From assembly GCA_036496425.1 (NCBI GenBank), contig DASXLG010000070.1:6087-70086 (forward strand): a stretch of 64,000 bases of DNA, written 5' to 3'. Positions within the stretch are counted from its first letter, which is position 1. Each line of letters begins with the position of its first letter. Shown in pieces: positions 23,817-34,618 of this stretch. This DNA is from Terriglobia bacterium (GTDB taxonomy: Bacteria; Acidobacteriota; Terriglobia; 20CM-2-55-15). Both the position numbers and the translations under genes were made by a program. The notes under the pieces were generated by a model. The model worked only from the letters and a program-made list of their open reading frames with translations. It did not search any database and was not told where the DNA came from.

Positions 23817-26095
23817 TGTTTCGACTCCTGTGGACGGTCGTTAACCGCTCCTGCAATTTTGGGCGCCGTTTGCTCTTTTGCGCGCATCTGGAAAGGTACG
23901 CTCTTGACTACACCCAGAACGAGCGATGAAAAACGATAGTTGTTGCGCTCGGCCTCCCGGGCAATGCTCCGGACTGCCGGCATGTCATAAGGTGTCGTTG
24001 CGCGGCCGATGGCGTAGGTCATGAGTTTCTCGGCAGCGACCGTGACAAACACGTTCGAACGGCTGAGCAGCGCGCGCCGCAGGCTGGCCGGCCCGTCGAG
24101 CTGCGTTCCATCGACCATCTGCGCTGTGGCATCGATCGGGACTTTGGAATCGGTCTCGCGCCATTTGCCTGTCAGATCGAAATTCTCCAGAGTGAATCCA
24201 ATGGGATCCATGATGCTGTGGCACGAGTTGCAGACCGGGTTCTGACGGTGCATTTCCATGCGCTGCCGCAGCGTCTGAGGTTCGGGTCCATCCGATGGTT
24301 TGTCGAGATTGACCTCGACTCCAGGCGGCGGGTTTGGAGCTTTTGCTCCGAGCACATTTTCCAGAATGAACTGGCCGCGCTGAACCGGAGACGTCCGGTT
24401 GGCTGCCGACGTCACCAGCAGTATGCTCGCTTTTCCGATAATGCCGCGGCGGGGATCGTCTTGCGGCAAGGTGACACGCCGGAACAGGCTGCCTTTCACA
24501 TTCGGAATCCCATAATGCCGCGCCAGCCGGTCATCGACGAATGTGTAATCGGCATCGAGAATATCGATGATGCTGCGATCTTCGCGAATGATGGTTTCAA
24601 AGAACAGCTGCATTTCGCGCTGCAAGGCGAGACGCAGGTTGCCATCGAAGTCCGGAGACTCGGGTTCGGCATTGTCCAGTTCGCGCACTCGCATCCATTC
24701 CATCGCGAAGTTGTCCACCAGCGCTTTGGATTTCGGATCTTTGAGCATCCGGCGGGTCTGCTGCTCGAGCACTGCCGGGTTCGAAAGCTTTCCCGCGATC
24801 GCGAGATTCAGAAGCTCGTCGTCCGGAATGCTGCTCCACACAAAGAATGCCAGCCGCGTTGCGATTTCGAGATCGTTCAGACGATACGGCGTACCGGCAG
24901 CGAGATTCACAGGCACATGCTCCATCCGCAAAATGAATCGCGGATCGACCAGGATGCGTGCGAGACCCTTTCGGATGCCATCTTCGAACGAACCTTCGCT
25001 CCTGCCTTCCTGATAGAAACGAAGCAGCGTTTCCATGGCAGGATCGTCATCTTTTATGGGTTGTTTGAACGCCCGCGTTGCGAGCGTCCGAAGAATCTGT
25101 TTGGCGCACGGAATTTCATCGGCCGGTTTGGCCGCTGTACAGCCGAAGATGCGGCGGCGGCTCGGTGTGCCGCCGGGACCGGCCGCGTTGAAAGGACCCG
25201 TTACCGTTATCGTCGAAATGCCGCCACCGCCGCGTTCCGGCGCGCTGAACACGTCGTCCAGGCCTGCGGTTTCCGCCGCGCGGACCGCTGCGGCGCGTAT
25301 GGTGTGCGGACCTGCTGGAATAGCCACGCGTATGGCGCCGCGGCCGGTCACGGGAACCGCCTGGCCGTCGATCGTCAGATCGATGCGGCCGTTGCCGGCC
25401 CGGATTTCATATTCCGCATCCAAAGGAAAGTTGTGTTGCGCGACCATTCCACCCTGAGTTCCGAGAGGCATGCCGTCGAGATGACTGCGTTGCGACAGGC
25501 CCTTCGGCGCGCGATAGGCTACCGGTGTGGGCGGGGCGGACCGGTCGCCTACCGCAAGACGGCTGATCTTCATGGCGGCGGACAGATAGCCCTGGATCAG
25601 CGAGGGTGATGTTCCAAGAATGTCCGAAATGTTGTCGAACCCGGCACTGCTGCTGTCGCTGGGAAGCAATGTCGTCACGTCCACGCGCAGATCGAGCAGA
25701 TCACGAATTGCGTTCGCATACTCGTTACGGTTCATCCTGTGCAGGGAAGGCGATCCCGGATTGGGATGCTGTGCCGCAGCGCGATCGAGACCGGTTTCCA
25801 GCCAGGCCGCAACGCCGTCCAGGGTTGCACGATCCGGCCGGGAGGCGTTTTTCGGCGGCATCATTCCGGTTCGAAGTTTCCGGACGACAGCTTCCCAGAC
25901 CGGCACGTCGCTTTCGACGTGACTCAGATCCTTGATATCCAGCTCGAGATTGGCCGTCTTCGCACGCTGATTATGGCAGGTGAAACAATACTGTTTCAGA
26001 ACTGCCTGGACGTCCGGCTGCGACAATGGCGCGCCTGCGGCATAGGAACTGATCAGACAAACAACAATGAGCAGGTATAGACGATAACGCATCAT
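23813..26095 (-). CDS. PSCyt/PSD multidomain di-heme family protein, module 2
   Basis: Signal peptide MMRYRLYLLIVVCLISSYAAGA, then ...YCFTCHNQRAKTANL. Family blocks include HPNPGSPSLHRMNRNEYANAIRDLL and ILDADYTFVDDRLARHYGIPN. A C-terminal CNSCHSIMDPIGFTLENFD is present. Length is 760 aa. Confidence 0.85.
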   Translation of the reverse strand: MMRYRLYLLIVVCLISSYAAGAPLSQPDVQAVLKQYCFTCHNQRAKTANLELDIKDLSHVESDVPVWEAVVRKLRTGMMPPKNASRPDRATLDGVAAWLETGLDRAAAQHPNPGSPSLHRMNRNEYANAIRDLLDLRVDVTTLLPSDSSSAGFDNISDILGTSPSLIQGYLSAAMKISRLAVGDRSAPPTPVAYRAPKGLSQRSHLDGMPLGTQGGMVAQHNFPLDAEYEIRAGNGRIDLTIDGQAVPVTGRGAIRVAIPAGPHTIRAAAVRAAETAGLDDVFSAPERGGGGISTITVTGPFNAAGPGGTPSRRRIFGCTAAKPADEIPCAKQILRTLATRAFKQPIKDDDPAMETLLRFYQEGRSEGSFEDGIRKGLARILVDPRFILRMEHVPVNLAAGTPYRLNDLEIATRLAFFVWSSIPDDELLNLAIAGKLSNPAVLEQQTRRMLKDPKSKALVDNFAMEWMRVRELDNAEPESPDFDGNLRLALQREMQLFFETIIREDRSIIDILDADYTFVDDRLARHYGIPNVKGSLFRRVTLPQDDPRRGIIGKASILLVTSAANRTSPVQRGQFILENVLGAKAPNPPPGVEVNLDKPSDGPEPQTLRQRMEMHRQNPVCNSCHSIMDPIGFTLENFDLTGKWRETDSKVPIDATAQMVDGTQLDGPASLRRALLSRSNVFVTVAAEKLMTYAIGRATTPYDMPAVRSIAREAERNNYRFSSLVLGVVKSVPFQMRAKEQTAPKIAGAVNDRPQESKQ

Positions 26096-27675
26096 TGTTT
26101 CGCCGCGGCCTGGCCGTTACCGGTGAGTTTTTGAATGAGAGCCATCGTGCCCGGCTTCGGCACCGCCGCATGCGTCGCCAGGAAAATTCCTTCGGCCCAG
26201 TTGAAAGCGGTTCTGCCGGTTTTGTCCTTCACATCCAGACGCGCACCCTTCGAGACGAGAAACTCGATGATCGCGTCCGACCCGCGATTTGCGGCGCCCA
26301 TTGCGGCAGTCAAACCCATCGAATTTGCCGCATTCACATCCAGGCCGAGCTCCGAACACAACTTGACGGCCTCGAGCAGCGCCGGTTCGCCCTCGGTGTA
26401 TGTCTGATTCACGACCCAGTTCACGCCGGCCGCGGCCATCAGCGCATTCGTGCCGCTATAGGTCGTTATTTTCGGATCCGCGTCGTGTTTCAGGAGAAGG
26501 CGCATCGTTGAAAGGTCTCCCGACAGGGATGCAAGGATAAATGGCGTCTGGCCTGTAAAATCGACCCAGGCCAGTGAGCCTCCGAGCAGGTACATCCAGC
26601 GGCGGAGCGGCGCAACTTCTTTGACGCGGATGTTGGGATCCACGCCGCGATCGAGAAGATACCCGATGAAATCCAGGATCACTTTCCGGTCATCCTCATT
26701 GACCATGTGCTGAAACGTGACGTAATGCAGGTCCACGTTCCGCATTTCGATGGCCGCGAACAGCGGAGTCCGTCCGTACCAGTCGACCGCATTGATGTTC
26801 GCCCCGCGATCGATCAGCATCCGTGCCATCTCGATGCGGTTATTGCTGATGGCCATGAAGAGGGGCGTGATCGCGTTCTTGTCGACGGCGTTTACATCCG
26901 CGCCGGCTTCGATCAATGCCTTTGCGGCATCGAGATGTCCTTCACGCGCCGCGTACATCAAAGGCGTCATATCGCCTGGAATGGGCGCGCGATATCCCTG
27001 GTCCGGAAGACCGCCGCGAATGATCCCGACGCCATGCGACCCGCAGCCGGCCTTGTCGATGCAGGGCAGTTTCGGCTCCGGTGTGGCGCCCGTTCTGGTG
27101 CGGGCATGAACGTCTGCGCCACGGGCCAGAAGAGCCCGGACGATTTCGGCATTCCCGGTATCGGCGGCGAGCATCAGGGGAGTAAGCCGGAGTTGGGGTT
27201 CTGCAGCGTTGGGGTTGGCGCTTGAGGAAAGAAGCGCCTGAACAGATCCGGCCGCTCCTGCGCGGATGGCAACCATCAAAATCGATTCGCCGGTTGCGCG
27301 GTCGATCTGGTTGGCATTGGCTCCCGCAGAAAGGAGTGCGCGGACCATTTCGGGATCGCCATTCTGCGCCGCCAGATAAAGCGGCGTGACGCCAAGCCGG
27401 GTCTCCGCATTCGGATCCGCACCGGCCCGGAGCAACAATGTCGCGACTTCGAGTTCGTCGGCGCGCACAGCCCAGTGCAATGGCCGTGTGCCGTCGGTGT
27501 CGGCGGAATTGACGGCCTCCTTTGTCGATCCTTTCGAGACCAGCGAACGGACGCCGCTCCAGTTCGCCGATCGCGCTGCATCCAACAGTGCGATATCACC
27601 TGCGCCCGCCGCCAGGCATGCGCCGGCTGCAACGATCAGAACGAGAAATGCGTTTCTCACCAACCGAATAGACAT
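26092..27675 (-). CDS. Secreted ankyrin-repeat protein, module 2
   Basis: MSIRLVRNAFLVLIVAAGACLAAGA, followed by more than 10 ankyrin repeats (DGTRPLHWAVRADELEVATLLLRAGADPNAETRLGVTPLYLAAQNGDPEMVRALLSAGANAN...). A 4-nt overlap with the PSCyt start is present. Confidence 0.85.
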   Translation of the reverse strand: MSIRLVRNAFLVLIVAAGACLAAGAGDIALLDAARSANWSGVRSLVSKGSTKEAVNSADTDGTRPLHWAVRADELEVATLLLRAGADPNAETRLGVTPLYLAAQNGDPEMVRALLSAGANANQIDRATGESILMVAIRAGAAGSVQALLSSSANPNAAEPQLRLTPLMLAADTGNAEIVRALLARGADVHARTRTGATPEPKLPCIDKAGCGSHGVGIIRGGLPDQGYRAPIPGDMTPLMYAAREGHLDAAKALIEAGADVNAVDKNAITPLFMAISNNRIEMARMLIDRGANINAVDWYGRTPLFAAIEMRNVDLHYVTFQHMVNEDDRKVILDFIGYLLDRGVDPNIRVKEVAPLRRWMYLLGGSLAWVDFTGQTPFILASLSGDLSTMRLLLKHDADPKITTYSGTNALMAAAGVNWVVNQTYTEGEPALLEAVKLCSELGLDVNAANSMGLTAAMGAANRGSDAIIEFLVSKGARLDVKDKTGRTAFNWAEGIFLATHAAVPKPGTMALIQKLTGNGQAAAKQ

Positions 27676-27807
27676 ACCGCCTCCAGCTCGCTGTCGTTTG
27701 CGACACATTTCCAAATGGATATACCACCTGCACCATAGTCCCGATCGTCCCTTGAATCCAATATTTTCGTTCTGTTCTCCGTCCATGCGCCGATTATGGC
27801 CGGAGGT

Positions 27808-28668
27808 CTATGTGGCCTTCAACTCGAGCATGATCCGGTTGTTGTCGCGGAAACGCACGACACCGGGCTCGTCGTCCGAGGGGAGAATCTCGACGCCGAT
27901 TTTCTTGAGGCCCGCAATCACTGCAGCTCTATCGAACGGCCGCACCCTGATGCAGAAGTGTTCGATGGCCGGGGACTGACCGGCGGCAACTTTCTGGAGT
28001 CCGATCCGAGTACCCTTCTTCAGATTCAACCACAGCCGCTCGGGATTACGTTCGCGCGCACCGTCCACGTCTTTTCCGTATACGAAGTGGTAATAGGGCA
28101 GTGATGCGTTGATGTCCCGGACGTTCAGCACCACATGATCCAGACCCAGGGGTGTGACAAGCCCGTTCATTTCGACCGCAAGCTCGGATGGTACAGCTGC
28201 TTTGACGACGCCGGCGGGTGGCTGGAAGAGTTGAAGCTCGAGATCGTCGGGATCGGGCCACATTCCGAAGCTGCCCTGGGCGGTTTTATACCCGGCCGCT
28301 TCCATTTCCCGTGCCACGGCATTGCGGTCATAGTGTTCCGCCAGTGAGCAATAATGGCCGATTCCTGTCGGCCGGGTTCCCCCCGCGCCGATCGCGATGT
28401 ATCCGACCTGCCGGTCCTCAGGCAGCTCGCCCAGCAGAATGAAATAGCGGATCCCGCCCTGAAACGGCTGCTGGTGGAGCTTGGTGCGGAATACCTGCAT
28501 ATAAAATTTGGCGCTCACAGCCGTGTCGGGTACGACGATATCGAGGTGTTCGAGTCCCAGATTCTTCAGCGGCAGTGCCGTTGCCGCGGATTGTGCCCGG
28601 ACGGATGCCGCCGGCGCGAACAACGCCGCGCCCATGCCTGCAATAAACGATCGACGCGTTTGGCTCAT
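27808..28668 (-). CDS. Tat-exported two-domain VOC/glyoxalase-family protein
   Basis: MSQTRRSFIAGMGAALFAPAASVRAQ is a Tat signal. Two VOC-like modules are present (LEHLDIVVPDTAVSAKFYMQVF... and LDHVVLNVRDINASLPYYHFVYG...). Confidence 0.6.
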   Translation of the reverse strand: MSQTRRSFIAGMGAALFAPAASVRAQSAATALPLKNLGLEHLDIVVPDTAVSAKFYMQVFRTKLHQQPFQGGIRYFILLGELPEDRQVGYIAIGAGGTRPTGIGHYCSLAEHYDRNAVAREMEAAGYKTAQGSFGMWPDPDDLELQLFQPPAGVVKAAVPSELAVEMNGLVTPLGLDHVVLNVRDINASLPYYHFVYGKDVDGARERNPERLWLNLKKGTRIGLQKVAAGQSPAIEHFCIRVRPFDRAAVIAGLKKIGVEILPSDDEPGVVRFRDNNRIMLELKAT

Positions 28669-28704
28669 AGAAAGTACCTTTCAAAATCCTTAATCTAAAC
28701 TTCA

Positions 28705-28754
28705 CAGACACCAAATTGTCTTTCCCTTACGATTTCAATTCGGTGTCTGTCCCC
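28705..28754. repeat. Degenerate copy of the GGGACAGACACCGAATTC hairpin (family 3)
   Basis: acagacaccaaattg...caattcggtgtctgtcccc shares the 18-nt arm aattcggtgtctgtcccc with the perfect palindrome at 34619-34680. It lies 3' of the NTF2-like gene. Confidence 0.55.
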
Positions 28755-28794
28755 AGAACTCCCTCATTCATTACGTAACGCAATCAACGCGCTC

Positions 28795-29187
28795 CTACAT
28801 ATGCATCACAAACCGCGCGCGACGAATGCTGAATTTCCAGCCTTCGGAGGTTCGAATGAATTCGTCTTCGAATTCGCCGATACGCTCCTCCGCCTTCTCA
28901 TTCCCTGTCGCCGAGTAGACCACGGCGTATGTGATTCCGCGCGCCCGATCCGCGGAGTCGACCGTGATCCGGATATTGCTGCAGACGTGCCGCGTCATGC
29001 GGCCCGCGGGACGCGAACGATAGGCCTGCAGAATCGCCTCGCGGCCGATGGGATCGCCGCTCGGGCGATGCATGATTCCATCAGCCGCAAAAAGCGCCGC
29101 GAGCGCTTCATATTCCTGATGATCGCTGAAATACGCAAAGTCCAGAACCAGACGCTCGCACGCCCTCTCAATCGTAAGACTGTCCAT
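28795..29187 (-). CDS. SnoaL/NTF2-like fold protein
   Basis: MDSLTIERACERLVLDFAYFSDHQEYEALAALFAADGIMHRPSGDPIGREAILQAYRSRPAGRMTRHVCSNIRITVD... matches the nuclear-transport-factor-2/SnoaL-like pattern (...L...Y....D....D.L..LFA.DG.....G...G.). Confidence 0.5.
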   Translation of the reverse strand: MDSLTIERACERLVLDFAYFSDHQEYEALAALFAADGIMHRPSGDPIGREAILQAYRSRPAGRMTRHVCSNIRITVDSADRARGITYAVVYSATGNEKAEERIGEFEDEFIRTSEGWKFSIRRARFVMHM

Positions 29188-30334
29188 TAGCTCTCCACAG
29201 CCGCTTCGACGCCAGTTCCGCGCCCTCGACAAGCGCCCTCAATTTCTTGAATGAGATCCCGGCATCCATTTTACCGATCCCCGCGAATGTTCCAAAACCG
29301 CAGTCGGTTCCCGCAATGACGCGCTCGCGTCCCACGATCTCGGCGAACTGGCAGATCCGCTGGGCCACGAGCTCGGGATGCTCGACGTAATTCGATGTCG
29401 ATGTGAGCACGCCGGGAATGAGAATCTTATCCTCCGGAACGCGGGCTCCCTTCCACACGGCCCATTCGTGAGCGTGCCGCGGATTCGAGGCTTCGAACTG
29501 AATCGCCTTGGGCTTCGCTCTCAGGATAATTCCGATGACTTTCTGCAACGGGATGTCGTGGTCGTGCGGTCCTTCATAGTTGCCCCAGCAGACGTGCATC
29601 CGCAGCGAGTCCGCCGGAACGTTGCGGAGTGCGTGGTTCATCACCTCAACCTGATGCTCGGCCCGCTTCAGGAATTCGGCTTCCGTCAGGTCCTGAAAAC
29701 CGGTGTGGCGCGCCATCGCCAGGTCGGGACAGTCGAGTTGCAGAACGAATCCGGCGTTGACAATCGCTTCGTATTCGATCCGCATCGCTTCGCCGATCGC
29801 TTCAACATAGGCCGTGTGGGTGGGATAAAACCGGTTCGGCTGAAACGCGGAGACCACGCCCGGAGATGCGGCATTCAAGAACGCATCGTGCGGACGATGC
29901 TCCTTCACGGCGGAGTGGAACCGCGCGATGTCTCTCTCCAGATCGGCATGGCCCGCAAACCGGATCTCGCCCGTACACGACTGCCGCTTGAACGTCTGCT
30001 TGCCCGCAAAAGCCGCCATCCGCGACCGGAACTCCGGATACGGTTGAAGATCCAACGCAATCTGGCGCGGGCTGTCGCCCGCGAACCCGGTGAGCCGATC
30101 CTTTATATATGTCGCATAACCGATCTTCGACGTCTCACCGTCACTGACGACGTCGATGCCGGTTTCGACCTGGCGCCGCACGGTATCCGAAACCGCCTGG
30201 GCCATCACGCGATCGAATTCAGCGGTATCAAACGGTTCACCTGCCTCGCGCTTGAACAGCAAATCCACCACGCCTTGTGAGCGCGGGAGACTGCCGACAT
30301 GCGTGGTGAGTATGCGATCCGAACTGAGCTTCAT
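29168..30334 (-). CDS. Cobalamin-independent methionine synthase (MetE) C-terminal-domain-like protein
   Basis: MKLSSDRILTTHVGSLPRSQ..., ...IDVVSDGE..., and ...HVCWGNYEGPHDHDIPLQKV...AIQFEASNPRHAHEW... match the short MetE-like/UroD-fold methyltransferase family (TT.IGSFPR, D..GE, H.C.GN....). Length is 388 aa. Confidence 0.7.
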   Translation of the reverse strand: MKLSSDRILTTHVGSLPRSQGVVDLLFKREAGEPFDTAEFDRVMAQAVSDTVRRQVETGIDVVSDGETSKIGYATYIKDRLTGFAGDSPRQIALDLQPYPEFRSRMAAFAGKQTFKRQSCTGEIRFAGHADLERDIARFHSAVKEHRPHDAFLNAASPGVVSAFQPNRFYPTHTAYVEAIGEAMRIEYEAIVNAGFVLQLDCPDLAMARHTGFQDLTEAEFLKRAEHQVEVMNHALRNVPADSLRMHVCWGNYEGPHDHDIPLQKVIGIILRAKPKAIQFEASNPRHAHEWAVWKGARVPEDKILIPGVLTSTSNYVEHPELVAQRICQFAEIVGRERVIAGTDCGFGTFAGIGKMDAGISFKKLRALVEGAELASKRLWRANGQSYD

Positions 30335-30490
30335 AAAAAGGAGCGAGTATACACGCTGCCGCGCGCCATCCGCGTCATCTGCGGCTATAAATACTCCCTC
30401 TTTTCCGAATTTACGTTGACAACAACTCTGTAAGTGAATTTAATGGGCGCAAATTTCCGGTTAAGAGAATTTCAGGTGGAGGACTCTACG

Positions 30491-33400
30491 ATGAAACGGT
30501 TCGCTCTCGCGGTGGCTCTGTTTTTGATAATTCTTCCGCTTCCAGCATTCGCGCAATCGAGCAATGCGAATCTCAGCGGAACGGTAACGGACGCTGGAAA
30601 AGCCTTCATCCCCGGAGTAAGCGTGTCGGCGGCGAACACGGAAACGGGGGTTGTCTCAACTGCAGTAAGCAACGAGACCGGAACGTACTCGATTCCCAGC
30701 CTGCTGCCGGGAACCTACAAAGTCAGCGCGGAGTTGCCTGGCTTTCAGACCCAGACCTATACCAATGTGCAGCTCGGAAATGCCGGACAGCTTCGATTGA
30801 ACTTCACGCTGCAGGTGGCTTCGTTGAGTACCGCCGTCGAAGTGACCGTTGAAGCCGATCGGCTGCTGCTGGAATCGACATCGTCTGTCGGCGCCGTGCT
30901 TCCGCAAAGGACGGTGGTTGACCTTCCGATCACCGGAGTCATGGGCAACGATGCGGTCAGTGGCCTGATTGGAACCCTGCCGGGCATCAACCTGTCCAGC
31001 GATCTGGTCCTCGCAGCCAACAGCACCATGGCGGCCGGCGTCAGCGCCGCCTATGTCAATGTCACGCGGGACGGGGTTGACGCCAGCGCTGCGGGACGAA
31101 ACGCCGCCGGTTTCCAACCGGCCACGATCATGAACCCGGATATGGTCGGCGAGGTCCGCATGGTCACCTCACCGGTGGATGCCGAACTCGGCCGCGGCAA
31201 TTCGCAGGTTCAGGTTCAGACGCGGTCCGGAACGAACCAGTACCGCGGGGCGTTGGTCTATAACATCCGGAACAGCGCCATCGAACCCAATTCCTGGGCC
31301 AACAACCGCGTACAGCCGACCCCCATCATTCCAAACTGGACAAACCTCAATGAATACACCGGAAGCGTCGGCGGGCCGATCATTAAAAATAAAACATTTT
31401 TCTTCTTTTTATGGGACGGCCTGCTCCCGTCGACACGAGCCAACGTCAATGCCACCGTACTATCGCCATGCGCACGAAATGGCATCTTCCGGTACTTCGA
31501 CGGCTGGCAAAGCGGCAATTCGCAGGCGGTCACCACGACAGGCGGCGCGACACCCGTGACCGCCACCGTCGATCAGGCCGGCAATATCCTGACTCCGGCG
31601 ACCAATGCGACCGGCACCGGGCCTTTCACCGGATCTCTCCATTATGTGAGCGTGTTCGGTAAACTGCCGGCCACCCTCCCCGCAGCAAATGCGGACTGCT
31701 CCAACATCTCCGCGCTCCTGCAGCCGGGAACCAGCTGGGATCCCAACCGGACACAGATCGATCCGACCGGATATGTCCAGAAAATATTTGGCGTGATGCC
31801 GGCGGTGAACAATTATCGAGTCGGGGACGGCTTGAACACTGAGGGATTTCAGTGGACGCAGAGCGCACACGGCGCCAACAATCGTTTTGCTTTCGGCTCT
31901 GCAGAGGTCCGGAAACAGCTCAACATCCGGATCGATCACAATTTCAACTCCAAAAACAAAATCAACGGCGGATGGAGCTTCGAACGCGACCACGCGGACT
32001 ACGCCCAGCCCCAGTGGCCAACCCAATTCACGGGCGTCGCGCACCACCAGCCGCAAGTCCTGACGGTGAGTTTCACGTCCACGCTATCGGCGACGTTGCT
32101 CAATGAAGCCCGATTCGGAATGCGCCGGATTGGGACCAATACCGCACACGCGTTGGCAAACCCGGCAACCATGAAGGCAGCGCTTGCTTTTATCCCCAAC
32201 GTGCAGGGGACACCCGTGCTTCCACAGTTGGGCATGAACGCCGTTGGAGCCGTGCAGGACATCTGCATCTGTGGCGGGCAGCCCCTGTTCCAGGGGGAAA
32301 CGGGGGGTACTCTTTTCAATGGCAATATCTCCGAAAAGACCCCGCTGTTCACTTATGGCGACTCGATAACCTGGACGAAAGGCAAACACACGTTCAAAGG
32401 CGGCGGCGAATTGCGCTTCGGGAGTTCACTGTTTGGCGACGACATTGAAGGCGGAAACTTCAGCTCCTTCGCGCGTGCCTTCGGCGGGGACTCGCCGCTG
32501 GCGCCGACCCAAAACATCGACAGCACGCATCAGCCGGGACTCCAGGGCACATCCACCACTGGAGCTCAACTGTATATGCGAAGCCTGTTGTCGCTGCTCT
32601 CCGGCTCGCTCGCCCAGGTGACCCAGCTGGATTGGCTGGCTAACGCCACAGACACGAAGTTTTCCGGTTACCAGACGGCCGCTCAGAGGTTTCGTCAGGT
32701 CAACCAGAACGAGGCTTCCCTTTTCTTCAAAGACGATTGGAAGTTCCGCCAGTCCCTGACGCTCAACCTCGGCCTGCGCTGGGATTATTATGGCCCGGCA
32801 TGGGTTTCCAATGGTTTGACGGCCGTTCCCGTCGGAGGCGGTAACGCGCTGTTCGGATATTCCGGCCGGGGTTTCCAGAACTGGATGCAGCCCGGACAAC
32901 GCGGTGCCAACACTCAGATCCAATTGGTTGGACCGGGCTCGCCGAATCCCGGGATCAGCGCCTGGTCCAAGGACTACCACAACTTCGGTCCGGCAGTGGG
33001 ATTTGCCTGGCAGATCCCTTACTTTGGAGCCGGGCAGACCACTCTTCGCGGCGGCTATCAGGTCAGCTTTCTGCCGGGAGGGGGCGGGCGGGTTTCGACT
33101 CTGAATGGCATTCTCGCAAATCCGCCGGGAAGCTCCTATGACGCCAGTATCAATCAGGCTCCAGGGCTGGAATACCTCGATATGACCAAACTGGCCAGCC
33201 TCGTTCCGGTAAACGTTCCGATCAAGCCGCTGCAGCCGGTTGATGTCACGAACCGGAGCGTGGGTCTGTCGGCGCTGGACCCCAACTTGACGAACCCTTA
33301 CGTTCAGAACCTGACGCTGAATCTGACGCGGCAGGTTGGACGAAACCTGACACTGGACGCCCGCTACATCGGAACGCTGAGCCGGAAGCTATACGGAAGT

Positions 33401-34615
33401 ATCAATCTCAACTCGCCCGATTTCCTGTACAACGGATTGAAGGAAGCCTTCGATGCCGCGCGCAGCGGGGGAGAATCGCCGTTGCTGGACCAGATGTTCA
33501 AAGGAATCAACCTTGTCGGCGGCGCAGGGACTGGACCGGTGGGAACTGTTGTCGGCGGCGTTCTGCAGACCGGAGCTGGTCAGCTTCGGGCTGACACGGC
33601 CAGTTTAATCCGCAACAACCTGGCCAATGGAAACTATTCCGCACTCGCCAGCACGCTCAATACATTAAATTATGCTGGGAGTAATAATCCCACTCTGCCG
33701 GTGATTCCGACCAACGTCTTGGGTGCTGTGCTGCGTAATAGCGGATTATTCCCGGAGAACTTCATCGCGACCAATCCGCAGTTCACCAGCGCAACCTGGC
33801 AAACAAATCTCGGCAACACCAACTACAACTCACTTCAATTCCAGTCGACGCTACGGCCGACCGCCGGCGTCAATCTTCAGGCAACCTACACCTGGAGCAA
33901 GCTTCTTGGACGCAGCGGCACCTTTACGAATCCCGTGGATCGGGGCCCGGATTACACGCTGCAAACGGGCGACATCCGGCATGACTTCCGCACCAACGGC
34001 ATTTTCAACGTGCCGATCGGACCGGGCCAACTGCTGCTCGGAAAGAGCTCGGGTGTTCTCGCCCGGTCGGTCGCGGGTTGGCAGATGGGCTGGATCGTTG
34101 ATCTGTCGAGCGGGGTTCCGACGAGCATTAGCGCGCAGAGCATGCTTTATGCGAACGGCGTTCCCGATAGGGTTGGGCCGTTTAACCCGCATGCCGGAAA
34201 AGTCCAGTGGCAAAATGGCGCCCTCGCCGGAAACTTCTTCGGCGGCGCTTACAAAACGGTTGCGGACCCGCAATGCTCCAGTATCGCGTCCAGTCTGCAA
34301 TCCCTCTGCACACTCACAGCCGTTGCGAATTCCTCAGGGACCGTCGTCCTGCAGAATCCGAAACCCGGAACCCGGGGCAATCTCGGCCAGAACGTCATCG
34401 AAAATCCCGGGATGTGGACTTTGAACACGTCCATGAGCAAGGCATTCAAGATCAGGGAAAGCAAAACCCTGAGATTCCGCATGGATGCCACAAACATCCT
34501 GAACCATCCGACTCCCTCCAACCCCACTCTGAGCATCAACAGCGCTCCGTTCGGTAACATTGCCTCGAAATCCGGCAACCGCCAGTTCCAGGCTGTAATG
34601 CGCTTGGAGTTTTAA
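30491..34615 (+). CDS. Very large TonB-dependent outer-membrane receptor with an N-terminal carboxypeptidase-regulatory-like domain
   Basis: Signal peptide MKRFALAVALFLIILPLPAFAQ. The N-terminal domain is GTVTDAGKAFIPGVSVSAANTETGVVSTAVSNETGTYSIPSLLPGTYKVSAELPGFQTQ. The protein is 1375 aa and ends ...NRQFQAVMRLEF, with a terminal Phe. Confidence 0.8.
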   Translation: MKRFALAVALFLIILPLPAFAQSSNANLSGTVTDAGKAFIPGVSVSAANTETGVVSTAVSNETGTYSIPSLLPGTYKVSAELPGFQTQTYTNVQLGNAGQLRLNFTLQVASLSTAVEVTVEADRLLLESTSSVGAVLPQRTVVDLPITGVMGNDAVSGLIGTLPGINLSSDLVLAANSTMAAGVSAAYVNVTRDGVDASAAGRNAAGFQPATIMNPDMVGEVRMVTSPVDAELGRGNSQVQVQTRSGTNQYRGALVYNIRNSAIEPNSWANNRVQPTPIIPNWTNLNEYTGSVGGPIIKNKTFFFFLWDGLLPSTRANVNATVLSPCARNGIFRYFDGWQSGNSQAVTTTGGATPVTATVDQAGNILTPATNATGTGPFTGSLHYVSVFGKLPATLPAANADCSNISALLQPGTSWDPNRTQIDPTGYVQKIFGVMPAVNNYRVGDGLNTEGFQWTQSAHGANNRFAFGSAEVRKQLNIRIDHNFNSKNKINGGWSFERDHADYAQPQWPTQFTGVAHHQPQVLTVSFTSTLSATLLNEARFGMRRIGTNTAHALANPATMKAALAFIPNVQGTPVLPQLGMNAVGAVQDICICGGQPLFQGETGGTLFNGNISEKTPLFTYGDSITWTKGKHTFKGGGELRFGSSLFGDDIEGGNFSSFARAFGGDSPLAPTQNIDSTHQPGLQGTSTTGAQLYMRSLLSLLSGSLAQVTQLDWLANATDTKFSGYQTAAQRFRQVNQNEASLFFKDDWKFRQSLTLNLGLRWDYYGPAWVSNGLTAVPVGGGNALFGYSGRGFQNWMQPGQRGANTQIQLVGPGSPNPGISAWSKDYHNFGPAVGFAWQIPYFGAGQTTLRGGYQVSFLPGGGGRVSTLNGILANPPGSSYDASINQAPGLEYLDMTKLASLVPVNVPIKPLQPVDVTNRSVGLSALDPNLTNPYVQNLTLNLTRQVGRNLTLDARYIGTLSRKLYGSINLNSPDFLYNGLKEAFDAARSGGESPLLDQMFKGINLVGGAGTGPVGTVVGGVLQTGAGQLRADTASLIRNNLANGNYSALASTLNTLNYAGSNNPTLPVIPTNVLGAVLRNSGLFPENFIATNPQFTSATWQTNLGNTNYNSLQFQSTLRPTAGVNLQATYTWSKLLGRSGTFTNPVDRGPDYTLQTGDIRHDFRTNGIFNVPIGPGQLLLGKSSGVLARSVAGWQMGWIVDLSSGVPTSISAQSMLYANGVPDRVGPFNPHAGKVQWQNGALAGNFFGGAYKTVADPQCSSIASSLQSLCTLTAVANSSGTVVLQNPKPGTRGNLGQNVIENPGMWTLNTSMSKAFKIRESKTLRFRMDATNILNHPTPSNPTLSINSAPFGNIASKSGNRQFQAVMRLEF

Positions 34616-34618
34616 CAA